From Jimgerdemannia flammicorona (taxonomy: Eukaryota), in assembly GCA_003990765.1 (NCBI GenBank), contig RBNJ01000154.1:1-38821 (forward strand): 38,821 nucleotides of DNA. The letters run 5' to 3'. The notes under the pieces were generated by a model, which saw nothing but the letters and a program-made list of their open reading frames with translations, did not search any database and was not told where the DNA came from. Position numbers and translations under genes: made by a program. This document shows, in pieces, positions 12,657 to 23,974 of the stretch (the first letter of the stretch is position 1; the number at the start of each line of letters is the position of its first letter).

Positions 12657-13451
12657 ATGTCTGCTGCTCATCAAACCTTAAGATCAAGGAACCACCAAGG
12701 CATCTCAGTTGAAGAGAGAATGTTCCAAGACATCAGAAGAGCTATGAGGACCCGCTCAAGAAGGACTCCTAGTGTCAACCTGGGTACTGGTGACCCTTAT
12801 CACTATATTCTCTACTGCCACAAAATGGAAACAAGGATCACTATTGCTACTGAATACCTCCAAATGTGGCAGGAGTATGAAATAGGAAACCTCCTCTACT
12901 AGAAGTTCCCACAGGCCAGCCCTCAAGAGCTATAAGATACCACTTCCATGGATATATGCAAGGTAAGAATAGCTAAGAAGATCCATCAGATCTTCAGGCA
13001 TGCACCATGGTCAATCCCCAACTTGGAGTATGTTAGAGTCTCAGATTTCAGAGATCTGTTATCCCACCATATCAATGCACTAGAAGCTAGGGTGGTTATA
13101 GAAGCCCAGTTCACTATTACCCTCAATAGTGATGAAGTAGAAGACTTCTGGCATTCCATCTTTCAGAATAACCCAGACCAATTCCTGCAAGAATTGATCT
13201 CAGTATTCCAAGGCCCAAGCATCTAGATTAGATCTCCCCAAGACCCCACATTTGTTCTCTATTTTGTGGAAGAGAACCTCATAGACTGGAGAGCTCCAGA
13301 CCTCCTTCCTGCCACTGAATATGAGATGCATGATGAAGCATATGAAGTATGCGAAATATATAATAATGATGAATTTGCAGATCTCATCTCCTTCGAAGAT
13401 ATCCTGATCTCTGATAATGAAGCCCCCATGGTCCTGAATATTCTGCTCTAA
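12657..13451 (+). pseudogene. LTR-embedded ORF (~264 codons), unknown function
   Basis: ORFs 12657, 12948 and 13266 are one frame. The three internal stops (12900 TAG, 12933 TAA, 13224 TAG) are TGG, CAA and CAG in copy 2. Confidence 0.85.
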
Positions 13452-13463
13452 GTCTCTTGATTA

Positions 13464-13585
13464 TACTGAATAATGCTAGCACTGGCATTCTGATATAATA
13501 CTGAATAATGCCAGTATCGGCATTCTGATATAATACTGAATAATGCCAGCACCAGTATTCTGATGTAACACCAAATTATATCAGT
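13464..13585 (+). repeat. 35-bp palindrome-containing tandem repeat, 3' LTR
   Basis: Three units plus a partial one, homologous to 6231-6355. Confidence 0.9.
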
Positions 13586-14025
13586 ATCCTGAATCTGTAC
13601 AACCATCAGTACCAATCCTGGAACTTAGCCATTTTTTCTGTCCTGGCATTTTATTTTAGTTATTGGAATTTATATTTAGCTTTATATCTTAGCAACCATT
13701 GAATTATATTTTATATAAATACCCCTCTTATTTCCTCTGAAATAAAGTCAATTTAGTGTAATATACACACTTCCTTGCAAGCAATCTAAGAGATAACAAG
13801 ACAGTTTAAAGATAAGAAGTTTGAGGACTATAAGATCTTGAAAAGGCACTCCAATAAGAACTTGCTTATAACAAAACTTGAGTTAGTCTAGGAGATACAC
13901 CTTGAAGAGAATCTAGCATATTTGAAGGACTCAACAACCACTACATGACAGTATCTATAGTAGAACTCTCTGAGCTTTGGTGAGCTTTCTAGTAAGTATA
14001 ATTCTGATATAAGTGAGTAGAGTTG

Positions 14026-15118
14026 TATAAGTATACAACCTCCAAGCTACTAAAATTGCATATTACCCTTAGATCAAATCTAGAAATCATATGTAAGATC
14101 ATAAAGTTAAGTTAAACAAAAGTTATAGACTATAAAGCTAAGTCAACTCAAAATCATAGAATACAAAATAATAAAAATAGAACTTTATCAATCAAGACTG
14201 AAAGTATATATACTGAACATATAGTATATCAAAATAAAGAATCACAATAAAACCAAAACTATAACTATAACTCTCAAACATATATCCAGCTATGATTACT
14301 GAAATTTATAACTACATTTATATTAATATTTGGAAAATTATTATCAACTGGGCTATAGTACCTCTGTTTCTTATAAATATCCATAGTTTAGCACTTTTTT
14401 ACTTTATAAAAACTCAATAGAATACTTTGAACATATTTAGTGAGATTTTCCAAATTGGATAAATCTCAAGCTACTATCAGATCAGCTATCTTCTGGAAGA
14501 TATAATTAACCACTACTATGATACAGATATTACCAAGATATCATAATACTAGAAACTCAATCTGCAAATACTGAGAACTCTTCTATAAGTATAGTATCTT
14601 TATTCTCTATTTCTAAGTTACTATCACTAAAATGATTACTACTCTGATCTATAGCCAAATTGATAATATGGTATAAGAACTTAATCAGAAATATATCAAG
14701 TATATCCAAACTACAGACAGACTTTTCTTATATCTAGATGACTATATCCTGCAAATACCTTAAGTTGAATATACTATAAAGGATGTCTATAATATAATCT
14801 AGTTTGATAATGACAAAGCAAAAGACAATGATCCCTCTGATATCAATATAAGCTCCAGTTAAGAATCTCTGCCAATTCTAGTTATTCTCTCAATTTTATT
14901 AATGAACTTATAATAGTTTATAAATATCTATAAAATTTATTAAAATAATAATCACTGATATAAGTATCAATCTATATTTATACTTGACTACTTCAACTAT
15001 AATAAAGAAATAAGAGAATACAATCTGTACTTTCAGATAACTCTTGAACTAACAACTCTACCTTCTGAGTATGAGTGATATAAAAAACAACCACTAGCTT
15101 ACTATAACTCTATATTAT
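14026..15118 (+). repeat. Family B ~1.1-kb LTR-like repeat (probable solo LTR), copy A, heavily decayed; ORF relic at 14292-15078
   Basis: Homologous (inverted) to 15126-15994 and 16038-17074. Consensus termini approximately TG(C/T)AAG...ACA. Confidence 0.75.
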
Positions 15119-15125
15119 TGGCAGT

Positions 15126-15994
15126 ATTGGTAGAGTGATCAGAGTTAGCAGAGATTCTTGGCTTGAGGTCATATCAGCATCAGAGAGATCATTGTCTTCT
15201 GCTTCATTATCATCAAATCAGATTATATCATAGATATCCTTCATGGCATATCCTACTTGGGACATTTGCAGGATATGGTTATCAGAGTGTGGGAAGGTTC
15301 TATCTGTGGTCTGAATATACTTGATATACTTATGGTTGAGTTCTTATATCATGTCATCAATTTGGCCATAGGACAGAGTAATAACTATTTCAGTAGTAGT
15401 GACTTAGAGGCAGAGAATAAAGATGCTGTACTCATAGAAGAGTTCTTGATATTTTTGAGCAATGAGTTTCTAGTGTTGAGACATCTGGGTAATATCCATA
15501 TCATGGTAGTGTTTGACCATGTCTTCTAGGAGGCAGCTGATCTGGTAGTAGCTTGAGATTTGTCTGATTCAGTGGGTCTTGCTAAGTATGTTCAAGGCAT
15601 TCCATCAGGCTTCCATGAAGTAGAGGGGTGCTAGGCTATGGATATTTATGAGGAGCAGAGGGGGTGTAGCTTGATTGATAATGACATTCCAAATGTCAGC
15701 ACAGATGTAGTTATAGATCTCAGTAGTTATGTTTGTATATATTCAGAAGTTATAGTTATTTGTTTGGTTTGTTTTGGTTCTCTGTTTCGATGTATCTCAG
15801 TGCTCAGTATATATATTTGGTCCTGATTGGTAAGATTCTGTTTGTGTAAATCTTGTGTTCCATGACTTCATGTTGACTCAGCTTTGTATACTGTGACTTT
15901 GGTTTGACTCAGCTTTGTGATCTTGCATGTGATTTCAGTGGCTTGTTCAGAGGGTGATATGTGATTTCAGTAGCTTGAAGGTTGTGTGCTTGCA
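15126..15994 (-). repeat. Family B LTR-like repeat, copy B (least decayed, 3'-truncated); ORF relic from 15730 to ~15126
   Basis: Starts TGCAAGCACACAACC. CCAAT and TATATATA lie upstream of an ORF broken only by single-transition stops. Confidence 0.78.
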
Positions 15995-16037
15995 ATCAGA
16001 TTCACTATTAGTATATCTTTGATAGATTACAGTACTA

Positions 16038-17074
16038 TGTATTACAGAGTTGTAGTATACTAGTAGTTGTTCTTTATTTTACTTATACTTAGAAAGTAAG
16101 GTTATTAGTTCTATCTTGAGGGTTATCTGAAGGTATAGATTATATTCTCTAGGCTCTTCATTGTAGTTGAAGTAGTTAGATATAAATATAGGTTAATACT
16201 TATACCAGTGGTCATTATCTTAGTAGGTCTTATATGCAGTTATGAACTATTATAAGTTTATTAGTAAGATTGGTGAGGTGATCAGGATTGGTAGGAATCC
16301 TTAACTAGAGATTATATTAGTATCAGAGAGATTATTGTCTTCTACTTTATTAATATCAAACTAGATTATATCATAGATATTCTTCATAGTATATCCAACT
16401 TGATATATTTGTAGTTGAGTTCTTATACTATGTCATTGATTTGGCCATAAATTAGAGTAACAACCATTTTAGTAGTAGTAACTTGGAGGCAGAGAATAAT
16501 AGTGCTGTATTTATAAAAGAGCTCTCAGTGTTTACAAGTGATAAGTTTCTAGTATTAAGACATTTCAGTAATATCTGTATTATAGTGATGGTTAATTATA
16601 TCTTTCAGAAGGTAGCTAATCTAATAGTAGTTTAAAATTTGTCTAATTCAGTAGATCTCACTAAGTATATTCAGGGCATTCTATTGGACTTTTATAAAAT
16701 AGAGAAGTGCTAGGCTATGAATATTCATAAGGAATAGGAGTGCTGTGGCTCAATTGATAATAATATTTCAAATGTCAGTACAGATGCAGTTGTAGACTTC
16801 AGTGACTATATCTAGGTATATTTTTGAGAGTTGTGGTTATTTGTTTAGTTTGTTGTAATTCTCTATTTTGATATGCTATATATTTGATATATATACTTTT
16901 GGTCCTAATTAGTAAGATCTCATTTTTGTATATCTTATCTTCTATGACTTCAAGTTGACTCAGCTTTATGATCTGTGACTTTAGTTTGACTTGGCTTCAT
17001 GATCTGATAGATAATTTCTGAATTCATTCTGAGGGTAATGTGTAATTTCAGTAGCTTAGAGGTTGTATCTTATA
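16038..17074 (-). repeat. Family B LTR-like repeat, copy C
   Basis: Direct repeat of copy B and full-length inverse of copy A. ORF stop, then AATAAA, then terminal ...GTAATACA. Confidence 0.75.
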
Positions 17075-18300
17075 TGTATACATATATAGTACTGCTAGTC
17101 AGATTCTTCTTAAACTAGAACTACTCTAAGACTATCTTTAGAAGTATCTGTATATAAAATGAATGACTTCTATATGGTTGGACTATATAAAAATCAGTAC
17201 TATAGTCATATAATACTTGAGTTCTTTGAAGACTAGATCTTATGATTCCATCTATTTGTATAGTATTTCTTTCTTAAGAAGGATTTAGATTGGAGCAGCA
17301 ATTTGAGTAAAGTTCTTAATAAATTTTCTATAATAAGACACTAATATCAGAAATGATAGTGTTTTCTTTAGAATCTTAGGTTCTGATCAGTTGTTGATCT
17401 TCTCAGTTTTCTTTAGATCTATATGGGTTTCTTCTTTCAAAACTATAAATCTAAGAATTTTGAGTCTCTGTTTTCCAAAGTAGCATTTCTTGGTATTGAG
17501 TCTCAGGTGGTTCTTGCAGGTGAGCTTAAAGAATTTCTCTAGATATATATGTAGGTATTCTCTGAAATTTGCTAAATAGATATTAGTGTCATTTATATAT
17601 ACAATTAGACAGTAGTAGATCAATAGGTCATAAACTAAGTTTATCATTTTTTTGGAAGGTTTGGGATATATTGTAAAGTTCAAAGAATATTCTTTAAGTA
17701 AAAAAGACTATTTTTTAAATATTCTTAATCTATGGAAATCTTATAAAATCCTACGAAAAGGTCCATATTACTGAAGTATCTAGTCTTATAAGTAGTCTAA
17801 GAGGTCATCAATTCTGAGCAAGGGGTAGATATCTTTTTCTATAACTAGGTTGAGCTTTTTATAGTTTATATAGAGTTTTCATCCTTCTTTCTTAGATATA
17901 ATAAATATAGAACTGACCCAGAGGCTAATGGAGGATCAGATAACTCTATTGTCTAAGAGTTTCTGAATATATTTCTTTTTAAATATCTTTAGGTAATAAA
18001 GTATTCTATAAGACTTTAGTTAAATAGATATTAATTTTCCATATTAATACTATAGTAGTATGATGGGTTATATGTATGATAGATTAATATAGTCTATAGT
18101 AAAAATATCTAGATATTTATGAAGAAGTTCTACTAGTTATTATTATTGCTAAGATATCAATTCTTCTCTAATGTTTGTAGAAAGCTTTATTTCTTCTAGT
18201 TCATAGAGGGGTATTTTCTTTCTTTTAGAACCTTTTGCTATTTTCTAATAGATTTAGTTTATAAACTTCTCTGTAAGTTCAGTTGAGATAAAGTATCAGA
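17075..18300 (-). mobile_element. Heavily decayed Ty3/gypsy RT-RNase H relic (third internal region; may extend to ~19700)
   Basis: Minus strand reads INYKKLN...KDIYPLLRIDDLLD...YFSNMDL (decayed DYRKLN/YPLPRIDD), IVYIND (YIDD) and FILYTDTSKDSLRVVL (TDAS motif). Confidence 0.85.
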
Positions 18301-19705
18301 TGTCCTATGATAGTTCTTTTTGATAGAATGAGACTTTCTCAGCTTTGATTAATTGCTTAAGAATATACAAAATTTATCTTATCAGAAAATATATATCTTT
18401 TTATGTCTAGGTTTTTGATATCTTTATTGAGTTCAAAGAAAAGATTTCTAATGTCAGATAGTATAAAGATTTCAAAGATGGTCTGCTCTCCTAGTTCTAG
18501 AGTGAGGTTCTTATATAGCTTGACTGGTTGGCAGTATACTTACTGAGAGACTATAATAAATATATATATTATAGAGGACAATTATACTTATTAAAGTATA
18601 AGAGTGCTTTAATATAGTTAAGTCAGATAAAATCTGAGACTTGGACTATATATCAGCAAATGTCTAAATAGAAATATATAATTAGACTTAAGGAATAGAA
18701 CTTGAGAAGTTCAATTGCCTTTAGAAGATTTGAGTAAATGTATGATAACTAACTAGACTAAGCTTTATTGAAGTATTCAGAGAGAGTATTTATATAAGAG
18801 AAATAGTAAGAAAAAGAAACAGATAGAATATTTACTAAGTTAGATACTAAGCAATGAGTCATGCTTAGTAGAACTTAGTAGAACATTATAGAGAGTTACT
18901 AAGTATTAATTAATAATTAATATAATCTTGATAGAACTATTTAGGAAACAGGTTCTTGGTAAATAACTAAGTAATTCTATACTATTCTAAGCTATTTTGG
19001 AATTTTCTACTGAGTAATATAATAAAGAAAAGATAATAATTCAGTAAAAGAAAAATAGAATATAGAGAATTATTATATCTTTTTCTACTTGAAAGAGAAT
19101 ATTATTCTCAATATTTATATTCATAGAGAGCTTTTTGTGTATTCTTGAGGATTTCAATATATTCTCAAGTACTATCATACTTAGGATAGTCTACTCATTT
19201 GATAAGGTACTCAGTATAATTATAATATATATATTTGTTAAAAATCTTCTCAACTTCATACTTAATATAACTATCAATTAAAAGAGATACTAATAGCTAA
19301 GAAGTTCAGTTTAGATACTTATACAGACTATCATAGTATAGCTTAAGTAGAGAAATATGGAAAACAGAATATATACAGATAGTCTATAGTAGTATTAACT
19401 TGTATACTACTGAGAATACTTATTCAAGTATCTTATAGAGACTAATGTATCTTGTTTGAAGTTTCTTAAAAGGATAGTTGACTTGAGATATTAAATTGAG
19501 ATTTATAGTAGAAGAGTACTTGATTGCCAATCTTGAATTTAATCTTCTATCTCCTAGTATTAGTATATTTGACTTATTATGTCTGAGTCTTAAGTAGGTT
19601 ATCTTTGGCAACTTGAATTATTATAGCTATATTATTAATAATAGAAACTTTAGAGAGTTCTTTCTCAACTTACATAAGTAGATCCAGACCTCTTTCCAGT
19701 ACTAC

Positions 19706-20930
19706 TCAGGTTATACAAACTTCTAACAATACTTTCAGCATAACTTTTGAAGAAATGATGATAGTAATATAGAAACTAATAATTATTCTGAGATATATAC
19801 TAGGCAGGGTGGCTCTAGTATATTTAACTAGTAGTATATTAGGTAGAGTTATGGCTTGAGGGGGAGTCTGTTGGGCTCTCTTTCTGGTGAACATTAAGAA
19901 GAAAACAGTGGAGCTAGTGGGTAAGAGATAGAGAAGATGAGCTTTGCTATCAAGATCAAGGCTGAGCATCTATCAACAAGTTTGAAGGGTTAGCTATAGA
20001 GAGATAAGAGAAAGAAGAGAGCAGCCAGATCTGAGGGGGTGGCCTCAGATAGTGATAGTAATGGGGCTAAAAGAGTAATAGCTGGGAGAGAGAGGAGGAC
20101 TGCTGATAGAGAGAGAACTGTTAATCTAGAAAAAAAATCCAGATGTGATGGCTGATGGTAGGGCTGAATAAAGAGAGGGAGGGGTATGCGGTCTAGAGAC
20201 CTGGCTGATGGTATAATGGGTCTAGTGATAGTACTATTACTCAAGAAATCAGTGTCTAAATTCATCATCACATTATACTTCTGAGACTTAGTAGTTATAA
20301 CAAAAAGAGTTCTAGGGCTTCTGGCCCAGGAGGTAAAAGAAGCAGCCTCAGTGAAGTTCTTAAAGAGACTGAAAGAAGTAGAGATGAGTTTCAAGAAGAA
20401 GAAGAAGTTAATATTAAAAGTATTGGAGAAAGAAGTAATAGTGGGAGGAGTAGTGATCCCTATGACTTAGTACTTATACTGAAATCTCTGAGTGGTATAG
20501 CTGATAGTGTTAAATGTACCCATAGTGAAGGAGAAGACCAGGGCTGATTGTTAATATTATCAAGGAGTATAGAGATATAATAGATATTGAATTCCAGATT
20601 TGAGAGAGTACAGAGTTTAGAACTAGGAATGTGAATATCAGAATAAGACTAGCAGGTAAGGAGAATACTAAGAAAGAAAGAAATTGACCAGTAGTACTTA
20701 AGTGAGAACTAGTGGAGTATAAGGTCTTGAGAGTAAAGAGGATACTAGAGGAGGAGAAGAACTTGCTAGAGATATTAAAAGACCTGGCTAGAGCAGTAGA
20801 AAAGAGATAGTTGGCCTGAAAGAAGTTCAAGGCTAAGACAGTGAATGGTAAGAGAGTGTGACTGAATCAGGCTTCTGAGAGAGGGCATAAGAGAGACAGC
20901 ATCAGAAAGATTTGTTAGTAAATCTGAGAA
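19706..20930 (+). mobile_element. Decayed 5' fragment (UTR + ORF1 part) of the same LINE family
   Basis: tcaggttatacaaac... aligns to the reverse complement of ~5850-4620. Shared segments include gcagcctcagtgaagttctt and aggaatgtgaatatcagaata. Confidence 0.85.
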
Positions 20931-21215
20931 AGTGAGTAGAGAGACCAATTAGCTATATTGTAGTATAGATCTATAAGCCACTCAATTGTTCCATTCTCCC
21001 ATTGATGAATAGTCTCTACAATATTCTTTACTTAAGAAATAATAGTAAGAGTAAGTATACCTAAGATAATCTGTATTACAATTAATAATAGCTTGACTAT
21101 TTTGATGAATTCAAATATATCTGCTTATAAAGAAGTATTTCTGAAAGATCTCCAGACCTTATGGCAGTAATTATTATACATATGTGCAATCCTCAAAAGA
21201 CTTCTCAGATGCAGT

Positions 21216-21680
21216 TCAGTTTATATATTTAAGTATTTTATCATATCTATAATTGATTCTCAAAAACTCTAGATCCTTATAAACAGTGACAGAATCTTGA
21301 ATGTTTTTCACTAAACCACTATCCTTAAGCCCAAGAAACTTATACAACTGCTCCTGTAACTCATCTCTTTTTATATTTCTAGACAGCTTTACTCCTTTAG
21401 GTAATTTGCTATTTATTTGTTTAAGAAAATCTTTCAAAATACTCATATATAGATAACCAAGGAGGACATTGACAGGAATATTATACTTGTCTGTAAGGAA
21501 AGCTAATGATGAGCTGGTAGTGACTTGGGTAGACAAGAATGGGGTAACAATAACTTGGGTAGATAAAGAAAGACAAGAAAGAACTAGCAATAGCTTGAGA
21601 TAACAAAGATAGACCAGCAATAGCTTTAAATGATGAAGACAGATAAGTAATAGCTTGACTGAACAAGGAGGTAATAGCAA
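21216..21680 (-). other. Unclassified decayed coding relic with 30-bp (10-aa) imperfect repeats
   Basis: acttgggtaga at 21522 and 21552; agcaatagctt-like units at 21586, 21616 and 21646. CpG-free context, no recognisable domain. Confidence 0.35.
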
Positions 21681-23974
21681 GATATGGTTATGCTATCTGG
21701 AAATAGTAGTAGCTAATGTAGATATAAGAGTATTAGATGCAAGTAAGACAGATAAAGTAGAAGAAGATGATATCATATGAAAAACTCAGTTATATAAAAT
21801 TTGTATATATATAAGCTACAGAAAATATAGTTGTCAAAGAGATTAGAGTCTTACTGATTCTCAAAAAAGATCTTAATCTGGGTCTAGTTAGCTATAATAG
21901 ATCCTGTATCTCAAGATACTCATATGAACTTTAATTTTTTTTTTATAACCAAATCAGTATATCTTAGTGATAAAAATTAAGTATATATATACTCTATGAA
22001 TATTATATATGATATATGATTTTATAGTACTCCTTATGAATGTCTATTATTTTAATAATATATATTTGTAGTTTTGGTTATCTAAGTATTGAGAAGCTAT
22101 CAGACTGGTATAATATGTAATTGACTAAACTACTACAGCTATCTTACTGAGTTTGATAAAGGTAATATCTACATTTCTATCAGTCAAATGAGAATAGCAC
22201 CTTTATGAAAGAGTGACTCAATTGATAGCTTGAGTATGTCAATCAGTTATATAGAGAATTTTTTCTAAAATAGACAATTCTTATTTTAGACATATTTTCA
22301 ATAATGATACTAGATAATATCTGGTAAATAGAGATGACTGTTTAAAAGATACAGAAGGGTATAAGTAGACATTCTAAGTGAAGTTACAAATATATATACT
22401 TATATATATACTTAAGTTTTCATTTTTAAATATGATTATTTATATAGAATTAGTTTTATAATACTACTAATCTATATCAAGTGTCTTTCATATCTCATAC
22501 TTCTTATACTATTGCACAACATCTTTCAGCATGATGGTATAGTATAGCTAATCTATAACCTTATAAATTTTGAAGATATAGAATATTAAATATATATATA
22601 TATACATATATTAAAAACTAACTTTATAAAATAGCTCTCTGATTAATTTACTATAATGCTATAGAGTTAGAATTTTAATTTTTATTTTTTATTTTTGTAT
22701 TTCTCCAAAATTATTATATTTAGTTATAATGAGATGATAGAATGTAAAATAATGATTGAGATAATAGAATAATAATTGAGATATAGAAGAAAATTAGATA
22801 ATAAAAAAAAAAAAAAAAACAATTAGCTTCTCCTTTAGTATTTTTAACTTAGTTGCAATAACTCAAGAACTATCAACTTTAGCTTCAAAATATAAGTTCT
22901 GGCAAACAAACCTTTCTTATAAACTCAAAACTTATTCAAAAAAAAAAAAAAATTCAGCATAATTTCTTACAGTCTTACAAGGCAAATAGTAGTTTATTGT
23001 CAATAGTACTCAAAGAGGTTGACTTCAGATTAAGGTTCCAGCCCAGTACATATATATATATATCTAGTCAACTTTTGGTATTGCAAGATAATAGGGACAG
23101 TTCATTATAGACAATTTTTTACATGAAACGTCACAACAGATCACGTGTGGTCACATGTTGCCGAGGGTCGGATTATGGCCGCAGTCACATATAATTGGTC
23201 ACATGGTTAGGTTTATAGATTGGCCGTTCTGTATCAATACTAAAAATCCACTCCGGCAATTCGGCCTTCCGTTTCGGCGTTTCATGAACGAGCTCGGCTT
23301 CCTGAGATCTAGCTCTATGCGCTTTGGAGTTATTCTACCTGAGATCGGAATCTTAGTTCCGTAGGGGCCGGTGCAGAGGCCTTCCCTCGACCATGATCCC
23401 CGTCGATGAGGGCACTATGTTCGGGCTCAAGCGACGCGACTAGGCTACAAGGCGGCGGGCGCCATAGAGGGACCATTTCTGAAGCCTCCCCGGTCGTCGG
23501 TATTCTGTCCGCTCCCTACTCATGGGCGGTTAGTGCTCACCCCGAACCTCGGGTTGAAACGTACACGTAGACGAGATCAATATGAGGGCTGCCTGCAGTA
23601 TCCAGAAATTCCAGCAGCAATTTTCACTTCATGAACTTTTGATTTTTTGCAGCTTTAGTTAACTCACCGCGATGTATGCTAAGTCCGCTGCCAAGACGTT
23701 TTGTGTCAGCCAGGAACGCTCTTGAATTCGAGAAATAGAAGAGATACACATAATACTCTCAGAACCGTCAATTCCGATCCACGGACCTCCGGGTTTCGGG
23801 AACAATAAACCTTACTGTGTAAGGATTCAATGGCATTTAGGTAGCGGTGGTACCATCGGAGGCATAAAACTGCCTACTAAATGTTCTGATATTGATCCTC
23901 CCATTCGGTTTCTCCTCCTCATTCACCTTTCCCCCTCTCTCCACCATACCTCCCAAGAACGAAAACGCGAGACT

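Larger units (their letters stand above)
5895..13950 (+). mobile_element. Ty3/gypsy LTR retrotransposon, family A copy 1 (gag-PR-dUTPase-RT-RH / IN / LTR-ORF), decayed
   Basis: Direct repeats 5895-6717 and 13169-13950 both end TGACA. PBS at 6721 and PPT at 12404-12413. Domain order PR-RT-RH-IN. Confidence 0.96.
12414..13950 (+). repeat. 3' LTR of family A copy 1 (~1537 bp)
   Basis: Starts TGTAATG after the PPT and ends CATGACA (inferred ancestral TGTAACG...CGTGACA). TATAAAT at 13714, AATAAA at 13741. The left boundary is inferred from the PPT+TG junction because the 5' LTR is truncated. Confidence 0.85.

Noticed and set aside
12657..13451. LTR-ORF as an envelope gene
   Set aside because: No signal peptide or transmembrane helix is visible, and it lies downstream of the PPT.
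15257..15826. Plus-strand ORFs 15257..15529 and 15638..15826
   Set aside because: They are antisense to the decayed family B ORF, which is the frame shared among copies.
18830..19700. PBS (decayed TGGTATC) and 5' LTR of the third gypsy relic
   Set aside because: Too decayed, and there is no second copy in the window to confirm it.
22380..23070. (TA)n and poly(A) runs as functional elements
   Set aside because: Low-complexity end products of AT-drift with no specific structure supported.
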